From contig OX597832.1 of NCBI GenBank assembly GCA_951406725.2, forward strand, positions 28,024,001 through 28,088,000: DNA of 64,000 nucleotides. The letters are read 5' to 3'. The DNA comes from Octopus vulgaris (taxonomy: Eukaryota). Position numbers and translations under genes: made by a program. The notes under the pieces were generated by a model that ran no database searches, had not been told where the DNA came from, and was given only the letters and a program-made list of their open reading frames with translations. Each line of letters starts with the position of its first letter. Positions within the stretch are counted from its first letter, which is position 1. Shown in pieces: positions 12,380-24,995 of the stretch.

Positions 12380-12890
12380 CCTAGTATCACGCTGATGTTT
12401 CATCACCTCGCCCATTTCCCGTCCCTGAACTGGGGCCATCTTCTGAACTGGCTGCTTGATTGGGCAATGATCTCCCGTGTTGATATGGTGCTCCACCAGG
12501 GTTCGTCCAACCATCACTCCAGCTTTCATCTTGTATCATCTGCCGTGCTCCACCAGCCTCAGGCAGCCATCACATTAGCCACTCAAACAACACTGGAACA
12601 GTTTTTCCAATTTTGGTGTTATCACTGTCGTCCGTAATGCTCTCATCTCACTGCCAAGAGTGGTCCACTTTACCACCTTGACAGGGGCTGATCATCCTTT
12701 CACCGGAAGCTTCATGGAACACAAGTCTGGCTGACAAGCCACTGATGCCAAGTAGTCCAGACCAAAGATACACTGATCTTCCATCTCCACCACATAGGAA
12801 GTGTGACTTCTTGTCCAGCAACTTAGATCAGAATATTAACTGGCTCTCTTGGCTCCGTACAGTGTCTGGTAACACCACACAATTGTTGCG
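12380..12890 (-). mobile_element. Gypsy LTR-retrotransposon pol relic (protease to RT start)
   Basis: Minus-strand peptides CIFGLDYL (protease ILG.D-like) and GRTLVEHHINTGDHCPIKQP (RT N-terminus). Confidence 0.65.
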
Positions 12891-13162
12891 ATGACTAAAA
12901 AAAAACCAGAGAACAGTGTTCTAATTCACGTTGTGCCAACAAGAAATTAACTAAGTATAATTCACATTCATAACAGTTAATCAGCCGAAATTGCGAGGAT
13001 GATCCGGTTCTTGACTGAGGATAAAAGGCTTCGAATGACCCGTCCTTGTTTTTTTTTTGTATCATCTATCTGGATGTTTTGTTGTCCCTTTTTGTATCAT
13101 CTAGTTGTCCGGATGTTTTGCATTCTTGTCCCATTTTGTATTTTATATATATATATATATAT

Positions 13163-13492
13163 CTGAGACCCCCTTCGGTCACGACATAGACCATGGGATT
13201 GCACTGTCCCAGGCACAAGTCCGGGCAAAGTTGTTTATGGAAGACCAGCAGTCGCCCATGCATACCGGCCTCCCCTCTCCATGCCACCAGTGTCATCCAA
13301 GGGAAAGGCAAAGGGGCCAATACAGCTTGGCACCTGTGACGTCACAACTCATTTCTACAGCTGAGTGAACTGGAGCAACATGAAATTAAGTGTCTTGCTC
13401 AAGAACACAACACGCAGCCCGGCCCGGGATTCGAGCTCATAACCTCGCGATCGTAAGTTCGATGCTCTAACCACTGAGCCATGTGCCTTCAC
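13163..13492 (-). mobile_element. tRNA-derived SINE family D (also 38467-38806, 60489-60807)
   Basis: Minus-strand head GGCTCAGTGGTTAGAGC...GAGCTCGAATCCC followed by TTGAGCAAGACACTT and a shared tail in three copies. Confidence 0.8.
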
Positions 13493-14460
13493 AATATATA
13501 TATATGTCAGTCTGACAGTCTACTTGTCTGACTAGTGGTCTGTCTATGTATCTTTATCTGTTTACCTGTCTGTCTGTCTGTCTATAAGTCTAACTGCCTA
13601 TATATGTCTGTCTAACTACATACAATTATCTATGTTTACCTTCCTGTTTGTCCACCTGCCTATATATATACACCTATGTATATTTGTGAACTTCTCTGTC
13701 TGAAACTACCTGTAAGTTTATTTATATATATAAGTGTCTCTTATTTACCTACCTTCCTATCTGTCTCTCAATGTCCACATCACTCTGTTTATAAATCTCT
13801 CCATCAAAACTGTCTGTCTGTCTGTTTATCCATCTGTGACCCCCGCCCTGCCCCAGTTCATGTCTATTTGTCTATGTCATATGCTATCTCTCTTGGCAAC
13901 CATTTCCCCACCACCACCACTACCACCACCATCTTTTTCGAATTAGCCCAGAGAGAGACACACAGACAGATACAGGTACAGAGAGAGACAGAGATGATGA
14001 TTTCTTACCTGGAGCACCTCATTAAGTTTCTGTCATGGTTGTAGAATAGAAATAAAAAAAAGAAATAAAAAGAAAGAAAAATAAGCTAATTTAGCCATAA
14101 TTATATTAAGTTAATAATTAAATAGACAATTACATCTCCAGTGTTAGATTGGAATTTAGTGGAGGTCATAACTACTGGATGCCCAGGATCTTTCTCCAGA
14201 CACTCTGTTCCACCACCACCACCACCACCATAACTACCATCACAACCACTGCTACTGCTGCCACTGCTACTACCACTACTACTGCTAATGCTATTACTAC
14301 TACTACTAATAATAATAATAATAAATTCTACATTGTCCACTTAGATGTCAGAGAATTTGTAATGATACTCCATGGATGGACTATAGTGCTATCCAGGGGT
14401 ACGTTTGTCTCACATTTCCTGAAACATGGTGAAACGAATGCCGCATTGTGATTCCTTAAA

Positions 14461-14678
14461 CCCTTTAGGGTTCAGATTTCTCTGTCAGATGAATTGTTTA
14501 TTTATTTACTTTGTTTTGGATTAATCATGCGTTATCTTGTAGCTGTGAGATTTCAATGATGAGATTGTTTATGATTTGAATGACATTGTCAGGTAGGTGT
14601 GAGAGGCCAGCTCTGGCTAGTTTGAACATAAGATGGAGGATAATTGGGCCAGGTACGGCCAGTTTGGATGCTAAGGGG
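14461..14678 (-). mobile_element. Second piggyBac-type MITE family (related copies near 5815-6010, 29776-29911, 31148-31368, 59340-59545)
   Basis: CCCTTTAG...CTAAGGGG-TTAA termini and a shared body (GGCCTCTCACACCTAC...ACAATGTCATTC). Confidence 0.6.
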
Positions 14679-14753
14679 TTAAAGCTATAACATTTGAGTG
14701 CATGAGAGAGAGAGTTTGTATGTGTGTGTGTGTGTGTATGGGGTGAGATGCTG

Positions 14754-14817
14754 GTTGCCATGACGTCAGACTTGTCACACCTATTGGTGTTCATGGATGT
14801 GTGTTCTTTTATAAAAG
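14754..14817 (+). promoter_or_regulatory. Candidate intronic promoter: X half-site + CRE, inverted CCAAT, TATA
   Basis: GTTGCCA-TGACGTCA (14754-14768), ATTGG (14783-14787), TATAAAAG (14810-14817) in unique sequence. Confidence 0.35.
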
Positions 14818-14935
14818 TGTGAGAGTCGCAGGGTGGAGCCCTGGCTGCCCCACAAACACACGACACTTCTGACCCACATCCATTATACATGTACTCATAC
14901 ACATGAAACCAAACTACAAATACATATAACATTTG

Positions 14936-15168
14936 TTATTTCTTTAATGCCCACAAGGGGCTAAACATAGAGGGGACAAGCAAGGACAGACAAAGGGATT
15001 AAGTCGATTACATCAACCCTCAGTGCGTAACTCGTACTTAATTTATCGATCCCGAAAGGATGAAAGGCAGAGTCGACCTCGGCGGAATTTGAACTCAGAA
15101 CATAGCGGCAGACGAAATACCACTAAGCATTTCGCCCGGCGTGCTAACATTTCTGCCAGCTCGCCACC
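14936..15168 (-). mobile_element. tRNA-derived SINE family B with Meta-SINE-like central domain (also 25560-25765, clusters 23680-24610, 39200-39570, 55460-56010)
   Basis: Head GGCGAGCTGGCAGAA..GAGTTCAAATTCC and core GCCTTTCATCCTTTCGGG(G)TCGATAAATTAAGTAC. Confidence 0.8.
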
Positions 15169-16971
15169 TTATACATATAACATTTGTAACACACACAAAT
15201 GCACACCTCCTGGACACCATAACAATCCCAAGTTGGATCCTCTATCTCAGGCTTGGGCAATCTTTTCCAAAGAAGTAGGCTGCATGACACATGACCCATC
15301 ATCAGCTAAGGCCACATTATCCGAGCGGGATTGTTGCCAGAGCGGCTAACTGGCGTCTGTGCTGGTGGCACGTAAAAAGCACCATTCAAGCTTGATCATT
15401 ACCAGCATTGCCTTACTGGCACTTGTGCCGGTGTGCAGGTGGCACATGAAAAAAACTCCATTTGGGCGTGGCTGTTGCCAGTACCGACTGACTGGCCCTT
15501 GTGCCGGTGGCATTTAAAAGCACCCACTACACTCTCAGGGTGGTTGGCGTTATGAAGGGCATCCAGCTGTAGAAACTCTGCCAAATCAAGATTGGAGCAT
15601 GGTGCAGCCATCTGGTTCGCCAGTCCTCAGTCAAATCGTCCAACCCATGCCAGCATGGAAAGCAGACGTTAAACGATGATGATGATGATAATCAAGTTAA
15701 TTTTTCATTAAGCAAGCCATTCAGAAAGTGTTGCAGGCCACAGTCTGCCTATGACTGACCTTTCAGTGTTGTTGCTCCCCCTGCCAGAAAGAATAGCAAA
15801 ATCTCCCTCAAATCACAGGCCTCTACTGTGAGAAATGTGGTCCCAAGTTCTTTGCCTACAGAATAAAAGTTGGGATGGTCGCAGCTGGAATGCCTATGAT
15901 CATTAGTCTGCTCAGTTGGGACTGACGTGGCACTAAGCAGCAACAACAAGAAACATAACAGCAAAGAAACTTTTACATGGTCATACAGTCCGCTAGAAAC
16001 AGCAGCTGAACAAATCATACCCCACTGTCTTGAAAGGGAAAGAACAGTAAATATTATACATGTAGTATGGAGACACTGTGGTGTGGTTGGTCATGGCTGG
16101 AACATCACTCATGCTTTGTTTGCTGACTGAAGGCTGACCTGTGGCTAAACAGCAACAGCTAAATACTTTAGCCAACCTTCTTATATCATTTTGTCCCGGA
16201 TCTTTCCAGATGTTTCTCTACCAATCCCCCCCCCCTACTACACCACTACCCTGGCCCTGACCCTAAAGATCTCCCCCCCACTCACCTGTTATCTCTGAGA
16301 TATGTCAGATAAACAGACTGGAAACTAGTTTGACAAGTTGGTCTCAAGGAAACTACTTTCTGTTTACAACTTGTCTGTCTGGGACTTTCTCTCACTCTCT
16401 CTCCTCCTTTCTTTCTCTCCCTCTTTCTCTCTCTCTCTCTCACTACTACTTGACAGACAAAAGTGGGCAATCGGTTCAGTTGTCCATTTAGTTTCATCTA
16501 CCTTCTTAAAACACCAGATCCTGTCATCATCATCAACATCAACATCATCATGATCACCACTACCATACCACCACTACCACCATCGCATGACCTCATCATT
16601 CCACCAAGCTTCACTTCTTTACTCTTAACCATTGTGCCCCACCCCACCCCATTCTACAGCCATGTCTCTCCCCACTCCCCACACAACATCCTACCACCTC
16701 TCCTCTTTAATCCATTGTCCAGTTTAGTAAAGTCCATTCTGTTTCCAGAAACAAATGGTCATCCAGTTTGAGGCCTGAATTCCTCCACCCCACGCCACCC
16801 CCACACTTTGACCCCCTAAAATAGGATCGCAATTGTTATCCTTCCCCTTCCCTCTCACAGCCCTCCCCCCCAACCTACACCAGCCAACCCTGTCAATGGT
16901 TACGAAACCTCGAGTTTGTTCTTTGGTTTATATTCCAACACATTGTACAGCCGTAGTCAGTTGATTAAAAG

Positions 16972-17550
16972 CAGGGTTCCCCAACCACCGGGCCACAGAC
17001 CAGTACTGGACCATGGATCATTTGGAGCAAAAGTCAGACATAAAATAATAATAACAATAACTAGCAGTATCGCCCGGCGTTGCTCGGGTTTGTTTCAACC
17101 CTTTAGAATTGGAATTTTTGGAAAGTAAAAATTTTGCATTATGTAGCTTGTTATTCTCTTCAAGTGAACATTTTTCTGGTTGAAATACACTGAAAAATGG
17201 TGACACAGCAGTCAAAAAAATCGTAAAAAATAGGGATTTTCATTAAAAAAAAAAGCACCTTTTTGATGTAAATAATTTTTGGTGTTAACATGGTCCGATT
17301 TGAATTTTATCTTCTACGGCAGGAAGAGCAAGCCTTCTTCTATCATACTCTCAATTTTGGTCAACTTGTGCCGCAGGGTCTCGGAGGAGATAGTGTTAGT
17401 TGAAGGCTACCAAACCTGACATACACAGACAACTTCAGCTTTATATATATATATAGAGAGAGATATGATGCACTTGATCCTCCCCAGTCGACTGGAAAAA
17501 TTGTCCTGCATGAAACCCGACTTCAGTGCAAAAATGATTGGAGAAGCACG
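16972..17550. mobile_element. hAT/Charlie (MER1-like) MITE interrupted by the Helitron
   Basis: Left end CAGGGTTCCCCAACCACCGGGCCACAGACCAGTACTGG and right end GGAAAAATTGTCCTGCATGAAACCC...GTGCAAAAATGATTGGAGA resemble Charlie3/MER1 termini as recalled. Confidence 0.6.
17061..17463 (-). mobile_element. Non-autonomous Helitron
   Basis: Same 3' end (ACAAACCCGAGCAACGCCGGGCGATACTGCTAG) on the minus strand, a TC-(TA)n 5' end and an AT target. Nested in a hAT MITE. Confidence 0.8.
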
Positions 17551-17799
17551 GGTGCTGGGGTTTGTCAACAGACACTAGCAAGGGTGTAATCTACCCTCTA
17601 CCGATTTCCTCTGAACCCCCTCCCTTCCGCCTGTCGCTTTCTGTGTCCTCGTTCTCCTCTGCTCCACTGTATGGAACTAATCCAGAACAGCTCTACAATA
17701 ACAACTCTTCTCTCTTTCTCTGTTATTACACATTTTGTTACTGAGCAACCAGACTTCATCATGACGATTATGAAATGGCTGCTTCAGAACAGTTGAGCA

Positions 17800-18052
17800 T
17801 CTCTCTTGCTTTCTCTCTCTCACTTTCCTCTTCTCTCTTTCTCACACACACACACACTCTGGCTTTTAGTGACAGAAAGAGAGAGACGTAATAAACATTT
17901 CTTTCTTTCTCACTCTCTCTCTCTCCTTCTCTAGCTTTTCTGTGATAGAGAGGGACATGATAAAAAAAGCATGGCACAGACAGAGAGAGAGAGAGAGAGA
18001 GAGAGAGGCGGATGAGAAATGAAGCATAGCTATGCATGTCTCCCTCGCTCTC

Positions 18053-18099
<47 letters not shown>

Positions 18100-18420
18100 T
18101 TTTCAATGACAGAGAAGGACATAATAAAAACATTTGTGTGAATGTGTCACTCTCTCCTCTTCTCTCTCACTCTCTCCTTTGCCTTCTCTCTCACTCTCTC
18201 CGCCTCTCTCTCACTCTCTCCTCTCTCTCATTCTCTCCTTTGCGTTCTCTCTCACTCTCTCCTCTCTCTCATTCTCTCCTTTGCGTTCTCTCTCACTCTC
18301 TCCTCTTAGTGACAGTGAGGGACATCATAAAAAGCATAGATGTCTCTCTCTCTCTCTTTCTCATTGACAGAGAGAGAGAGACATAACAAGACACGTCTCT
18401 CTCCTTCCTCTCTCCCCCCC
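17800..18420. repeat. CT/GA-rich minisatellite region
   Basis: Repeated CTCTCTCACTCTCTCC and GACAGAGAGGGACAT units. Confidence 0.8.
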
Positions 18421-19174
18421 CCCCCAGTCTCCAACATGGCCACCAATCAACTCGGTACAATACTATTAACCAATTATTGTTTTCATTCTCTGATTATTCC
18501 ATATTAATCATTTCATTTTCACTTCCATTTATTTTCCCTCTTCCATCCACGTCTCTTCTTCTTCTTCTTCTTCTTCTTGTCCGTTCCGTACGTTCTGCTT
18601 TTCTCTGCTGATATTCCACAAATGGACAACCGACCAAATCTAATTCTCTTCCATCAATTCTCAGAATCCAACCAAATTGCCATGTTTTTTTGGTTTTTTT
18701 TTTGTTTGGTTTTTTTTCTTTTGATATAAATTGTCTTTTAGTTTTTTTTTTGTTTTTTTTTTGCTGCTTTCATTCATCGGGCTGTGGCCATACTGGTGCA
18801 CCAGCTTTAAGGATTCAGTTGATAATATCAAAATGACAGTGTCTATTTTCAGTTAGTTATTTTATCGATTCCTGAAGAAGTTGCTGAACTGCTAAGTCAT
18901 GCTTTTTGATACAACACTGGTCTTTCTTTATGAACAAACACACACGCACATACACTTCCAAATATATATTTATTCATTGTTCATTTTTACCTCTATTTTT
19001 CTATGCTAGCATGGGTTAGGAGAATACATATTACTGAGGCGTCATTTTATAAACATCCACACACAGACACAGATGTTTGCACTCATGCTCACACACACAC
19101 ACACACACACACACAATGGGCTCGTACAGTTTCTGTCTACCAAATTCACTCTCATGGCATTGGTCAGCCTGGAG

Positions 19175-19439
19175 CAGTAGTTCCCAAGCTTCTTCGGGCT
19201 GCCACTCCTTTGGTACCCAGGCCACATTCCTAGCACCCCCACTGCTACTAACATAGGCCTCTTTCTGCAGCAAATTTGAAACAGTTGTATTTCACAAATA
19301 AACCTAAACAACTCATTATTTTGTTTTTTTTGTGAATCCATCACCCCTTTTGGCCATCCCATTATTGCCCCACAGTTCTGCAATGGCCCCTGGATCTTTC
19401 CACAGCCCCCAACAGTACCACCCACTTTGGGAACCACTA
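19175..19439. mobile_element. hAT-type MITE inserted in a SINE
   Basis: TIRs CAGTAGTTCCCAA / TTGGGAACCACTA, with a degenerate 8-bp TSD. Confidence 0.55.
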
Positions 19440-21540
19440 ACCTAAAGTTACAGTAGAAGACATTAAGCCCAAGGTGCTGTGCAATGAGTTTGAACCCAAA
19501 ACCATGTGGTTGAAAAGTGAACTTCTTAACCACCTAGCCATGGTCTCTAATCATCATTGTTTAATGCCCGTTTTTCCATGCTGGCATGGATTGGATGGTT
19601 TGACTGGGGTCTGGGAAGCCAGGAGGCTACACAAGTCTCCAGTCAGATCTGGCAGAGTTTCTACAGCTGGATGCTCTTCCTAACACCAACCACTCCAAGA
19701 GTGTAGTGGGTGCTTTTTATGTGCCACCGGCATAGGAGCCAAAGGAGGCTGACAACAACCATGATCGGATAGTGCTTTTTATATGCCACCGGCATGGAAG
19801 CACAGTCAAGGTGGTGCTGGCATTGGCCACGTTTGTATGGTGCTTTTTACATGCCACTGGCATGGGGATCACAACTACAATTTCCATTTGAATTTGATGT
19901 TGATGTACTTGACTCAACAGGTCTCCTCAAGCACAGCATGTCACCCTACGATCCAAGATACTTTTGAGTGGGCTGGCTATGCGACACTGGTGTAGGGTAC
20001 TGCTGTGAACTTACTTTATTTTATTTTATTCACTTTATAAAAATTTTAAAAATAAAATAAAGTGAGTTCACAGTTGTAGTTTTTTTCATTCAAGCTGGTT
20101 TCTGAGATAAAATGGCCCTTCGCCATAGAAACCAAACCAAAAATAAACGACTGCTAGGTTGACCTCCAATTTGTCTGGGTAAGAAGCAACTCTCAGCTAG
20201 AACTGATTGTGAGTGGAACCCCCCCCCCCGACAAAAACAAGAGGGGAAGGAGGGGGGGTAGACGACAGTGATCGCACCAGAAGTGGTGTAAATGGTGTCT
20301 GCAAGTATCCAAGGCTCATATTTCATGTTAAAGTAATAAAATAATTGAATTTTGAATTGCGATTACTTGGAGGGTTGATAATAACCAATAATCCATTTTC
20401 GGGCAAAACCTGTTTTGAATGTTAGATATGAATAGACGAGTTGATTACTTGGGACTTTTTGTCTTTCTTCCTTTCTTTCTTTCTTTCTTTCTCATTTTAT
20501 GAAATGAAGAATATATGTCTCTATATATGGAAGAGATATCTCAGGATGATAGGTGAATAGTAAAGGCAGACCTACTGTTATAGAACATCCGCATCAACTA
20601 TTCATCTCAACCAATGCCTGAATTTGTAGCACCATCCTACCCACACTAGCTGAGGTGAAAATCTGTTGTAAACCTCTGTGTGTGTTTTAGGCATTCTGCA
20701 CTTGTTGCTGCCTCATAATTCCCTATAAATATGTCAACAATGAAGAATCACCGTTTCACTTTTATAGCAATTAGCACTGACCTCTGTTGACCTTTTGCTG
20801 GAGTCTGTTCTTTTGGCAGGTAGCCCAGCTGTAGAGCAGTGTGAAATAAAGCTGGCAGAAGCTTACTGCATTTATTCCTTGTCGGAATTGGCCCAACTCC
20901 CACTTTTTATTACTCCCCTCTACTCTTCTCTAATACTCCGCCGCTGTTAACATAACCGGATGTTTAGATTTTAAAGCAATTTATTTTACGTCAACCCCGC
21001 ACCTCCGCCCCACTCCTTCCAGGTAACTTAAACAAAAAGCAAACACCTACTGGTTGGTGCTGTTGTTGTTGTTGTAGCTAGTCTATATGTTTCTCCTTAT
21101 AGCTGGACTTATCTCTTACCTTTATCTCGTATATTATTGTCATCGTAATTGTTCTGTGTCCTATCTTTTTTCTCTCACCTTTGTATCCACCCAATCATTT
21201 GCTATTGTCCCAGGTACAGGAGAAACCTCTATAAAGCTACACCGACTCGACTCGGTGCCACTTCAGTCCACAGTAGTCCTGCCTTTCTAATAAACCGTAA
21301 GACAAACCTTGTTTAGTGACCGTTTCGCAACACAAAACCAATTACAGGAATGATATAAATCTATGTATTCCCTCCCGCACCTTCCCCCACCAAATCCAGC
21401 CACTATCTTATTATCTAGGCCATTACTATTGCGATACCGATACCCGTTACCATCAGCTGTAGTATTTCCACTAATATGGTGCGCTACGAGAATTAGTCTA
21501 CTAAATCTCTCGACTTCTGGTTGCAAAGACCTAACTAAAT

Positions 21541-21573
21541 ATGGCGTCTTCGGATTATAGTGAAAAAGTCAAA
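21541..21573 (+). CDS. Candidate alternative first coding exon (MASSDYSEKVK) inside the large FNDC3 intron
   Basis: AAAT-ATG-GCG Kozak context, in-frame TAA 9 nt upstream, 11 codons, then a consensus AAA|GTAAGT donor (phase 0). Lies at the end of a ~1 kb non-repetitive, relatively CpG-rich block. Confidence 0.5.
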
Positions 21574-22154
21574 GTAAGTTACCAGTTATTTCATCCTATT
21601 TTCCTTTGCAATTCCTTCTCAGAAATCTGTATTTTTGTCCTCACCCCCTTCTATGCCTGACCCCTGTCACTGATTTTCTGTCTTGTCCCTCAATCCTACA
21701 CGCTTGTCTTCCATACTGGCATGAGTTGGATTTATCTGGCAGGATCTGATGGGTCTGCTTTGGCACGGCCTCCACCGGGTCGGATGTCCCTTCCTAGCAC
21801 CAGCCACTTTACAGTGTGTACTGGGTGTGTTTGATGTGGCACCAGCGCTAGCAGAGTCACTCGGTAGTTTGCAAAGACTGAGGCACACTTCGATGGAGTA
21901 GGGCTGCAGTGGAGAGGAGGGGACAACTTTATGCCCAGTGATGAAAGATTAGATATGAAGGAAGGGGCCAGAGCAGGTCCCTTTCTGTGGAGGTGGGGCT
22001 CACGGCAAATACAGCTCAGATACTTACTAACGAGATTGATTTAATTAATAAAAAGAAAGGAAGAAAGAAACGCATGAGGTGGTTGTTGTTGTTGTTGTAA
22101 ATACTATACATGCATACACACACACATACACACATATATATAAATATATATATA

Positions 22155-22490
22155 TAGGGTGCAATGGGTAAATTGTTGCCATCTTATAGTTTTAATTTCA
22201 TGCATGCACATTGTGTATTTTTGATTTTGTTGACTACACAGTATGGTAGGGTCAGTTGGGCACCATCTGTGAGAAAACAGTGCCATGACACAATTCACTC
22301 TGCCACAGATTTTAAAACAACATGCTGTACTGTTTGGCATTCATGCTGGAAGCTCAAATACGAACATTTCAGAGTGTTTGGGTGTCAGTCTGAGGACATG
22401 ACCCAAGAGTGATAAAAATCAAACATGTGGTCAACATCATGGTGTTCAGAGTGATGGCAACATTATGCCTCCATTCATCTTCCCACATGA
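22155..22490 (+). mobile_element. Degraded Tc1/maT-like transposon fragment
   Basis: Starts TA-TAGGGTG. Relic peptide KIKHVVNIMVF..DGNIMPPFIFP resembles a DD37D-type transposase. Confidence 0.45.
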
Positions 22491-23642
22491 TGATATCACA
22501 TGATCATGATCAACCAGACTCTGAGATGGATGTTGTTGTGCATCACTTGTCACAATTTGCTTTGCATAGTTTTAGCTTTTAACTGATTCCACCCTGCTGA
22601 CTGGGAGGGCCAGTTCCTACCCTTTTTACAGCTGAGTGGACTGGACCAACATGAAATGAAGTGCCTTGCTCAAGAACACCACACACCACCTGGTCCAGTA
22701 ATTGAACTCACGATCTGTCTATCATGAGTGACACACCCTAACCACTAAGCCACGCACCCTCACACACACACACACACATGTGCATGTATGTATAGTGTTT
22801 ATAATATATACACAAGAGTAATAATGGCAGTAAACAACAACCACCACCTCACGCTTTTCTTTCTTTCTTTCAATTATTTGATTAAATTTTTCTTTATTTA
22901 ATTAAATCAATCTCGTTAATAAGTGTCTGAGCTGTTGGAAATCTGTCCATTCTGGAATCATTGGACTTTTTCGAGTAAGTCTATTGAATTTCTTCTGTGA
23001 AAACAGCAAACTGCATTCATTCTACAAATAACATATGAATCTAATTCCATCAAAATACTCTCTATTTCGGTACGATGACTAACTCCTTGCTATTCAGGCT
23101 GAGCAACGTGTAACTTCGCTACACATAGACATTCCTTTGGTGATAAGGTGCTTGTTGTTGTCGTTGTGTGTGTATTGGTTGTAATGGTGAGGGTGGTGGT
23201 GGTTTGTTTACTTTTTTTTATATTTTCTCCCCCATATGGTGAGTTCTACAGACAGACACTCTGGTGGCTGACCCTCTTGTCACACACACTGGATTTAAGT
23301 TACGCTGCAGGAAACCAGATTAACAAAGTCTGCAGAATTATTACGATGATGATAATAATAATAATAATAATAATTAATTTGTTTATTGGCCACAAGGGCT
23401 AACAAAAATCAATTAAAACATGTAAGGACAAAATCCAGGACGAAAGTTACAAAAAGGGTTTTGTCCGTTTGTAAAATCCGTGTAAAAATGCAAGATAACA
23501 ACGAAAAATATAACAAGTAAAAACTCCCAATAGGGGGAGGCACTTCGAAAGGTTACTCGTGGAAAAACCCATAAAAACCACAGGAGCCTGGTCAAAAAGG
23601 GGGTAGAGAGCCCTTTTCTCCTTTGGTAGTGACAGTGTTTCA

Positions 23643-23677
<35 letters not shown>

Positions 23678-24995
23678 CCTTTCTACTATAGGCATGAGGC
23701 CTGGATTTTTGTGAGGAGGGGGGGCGGTCGATCACATTGACCCCAGCACTTGACTGGTACGTAATTTTATTGACCCTGAAAGGACGAAAGGCAAAGTTGA
23801 CCTCGGCGGCATTTGAACTCAGAATGCAGTGACAGACGAAACACCGCTAAGCACTTCGCCTGATGTGCTAACAATTCTGCCAGCTCACTGCTTTAATAAT
23901 AATAGTAATAATAGTAATAATAATAATGATAACCCTTTCTGTTGGAAGCACAAGGCCTCAAATTTTGGGGAAAGAATTAAGTCGATTACATAAACCCCAG
24001 TGCGTTATTGGTACTTATTTAATTGGCTCCTAAAGGATGAAAGACAAAGTCAACCTCAGCGAAAAATAATATTAATAATAATAATAACAATAATAATGAT
24101 GATAATGATAATCCTTTCTACTAAAGGCACAAGGCCTTGAATTTTGAGGGAGGAGACTAGTCTATTACATCGACCCAAGTGTTATTTATTGTTATCATCA
24201 TTATTATTATTATTATTATTATTTGCACATCAAACAAAATGTAAAATGTCATTTGTTCTGACTCTTTATGTTCAGAGTTCAAATTCTGCTGAGGTCAGCT
24301 TTGCCTTTCATCCTTATGGAATCTATGAAATAAAGAAGTGCTCAAATACTGGGGTTAGTGTAATTGATTACCCCCCTCTCCTAAAACTTGTGGGCCTCGT
24401 ACCAAAATTTGGAACAATTGTCAAAGCATTCTTTTCAACTCTAGGCACGAGGCTTGAAATTTTGGCGGAGGGGTCCAGTCCATTAGATCAACCCCAGTAC
24501 ATAACTGGTACCTAATTTGTCAATCCTGAAAGGATGAAAGGCAAAGTCGAATTCGGCGGGATTTGATCTCAGAATGTAAAGACGGATGAAATACCGCTAA
24601 GCACTTCGTCCAGCATGATGTTGGTGTGTTTACATCCTCATAACTTAGCAGTTCAGCAAAAATGACCGATAGAATAAGTACTAGACTTACAAAGAATAAG
24701 TCCTCGGGATGTGATTTGTTTGATTAAAAGCAGTGCTCCAGCATGGCCACAGACAAAAGACTGAAACAAATAAAAGAAGTAAAAGAAAAAATACATACCT
24801 AAATGTGTAATTGGATGTCAAGTTATGTGACTCAAGGACTGAAAGTTTCGTGTGTGAGCTTTTGGAACTAACATAAAATGTTGTGACTTTGCTCTTGGGT
24901 TATGCTTGTAATTCCGCAGCTGATTAAGAATAAATCTGTCTTTTTACTATAACCTCTGCCAACCCAAGCCTTGTAAGTGAGTGTATATATAAGTG

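Noticed and set aside
12985-13050. CTGAGGA...CGAA as a hammerhead
   Set aside because: GAAA box incomplete and no consistent helices.
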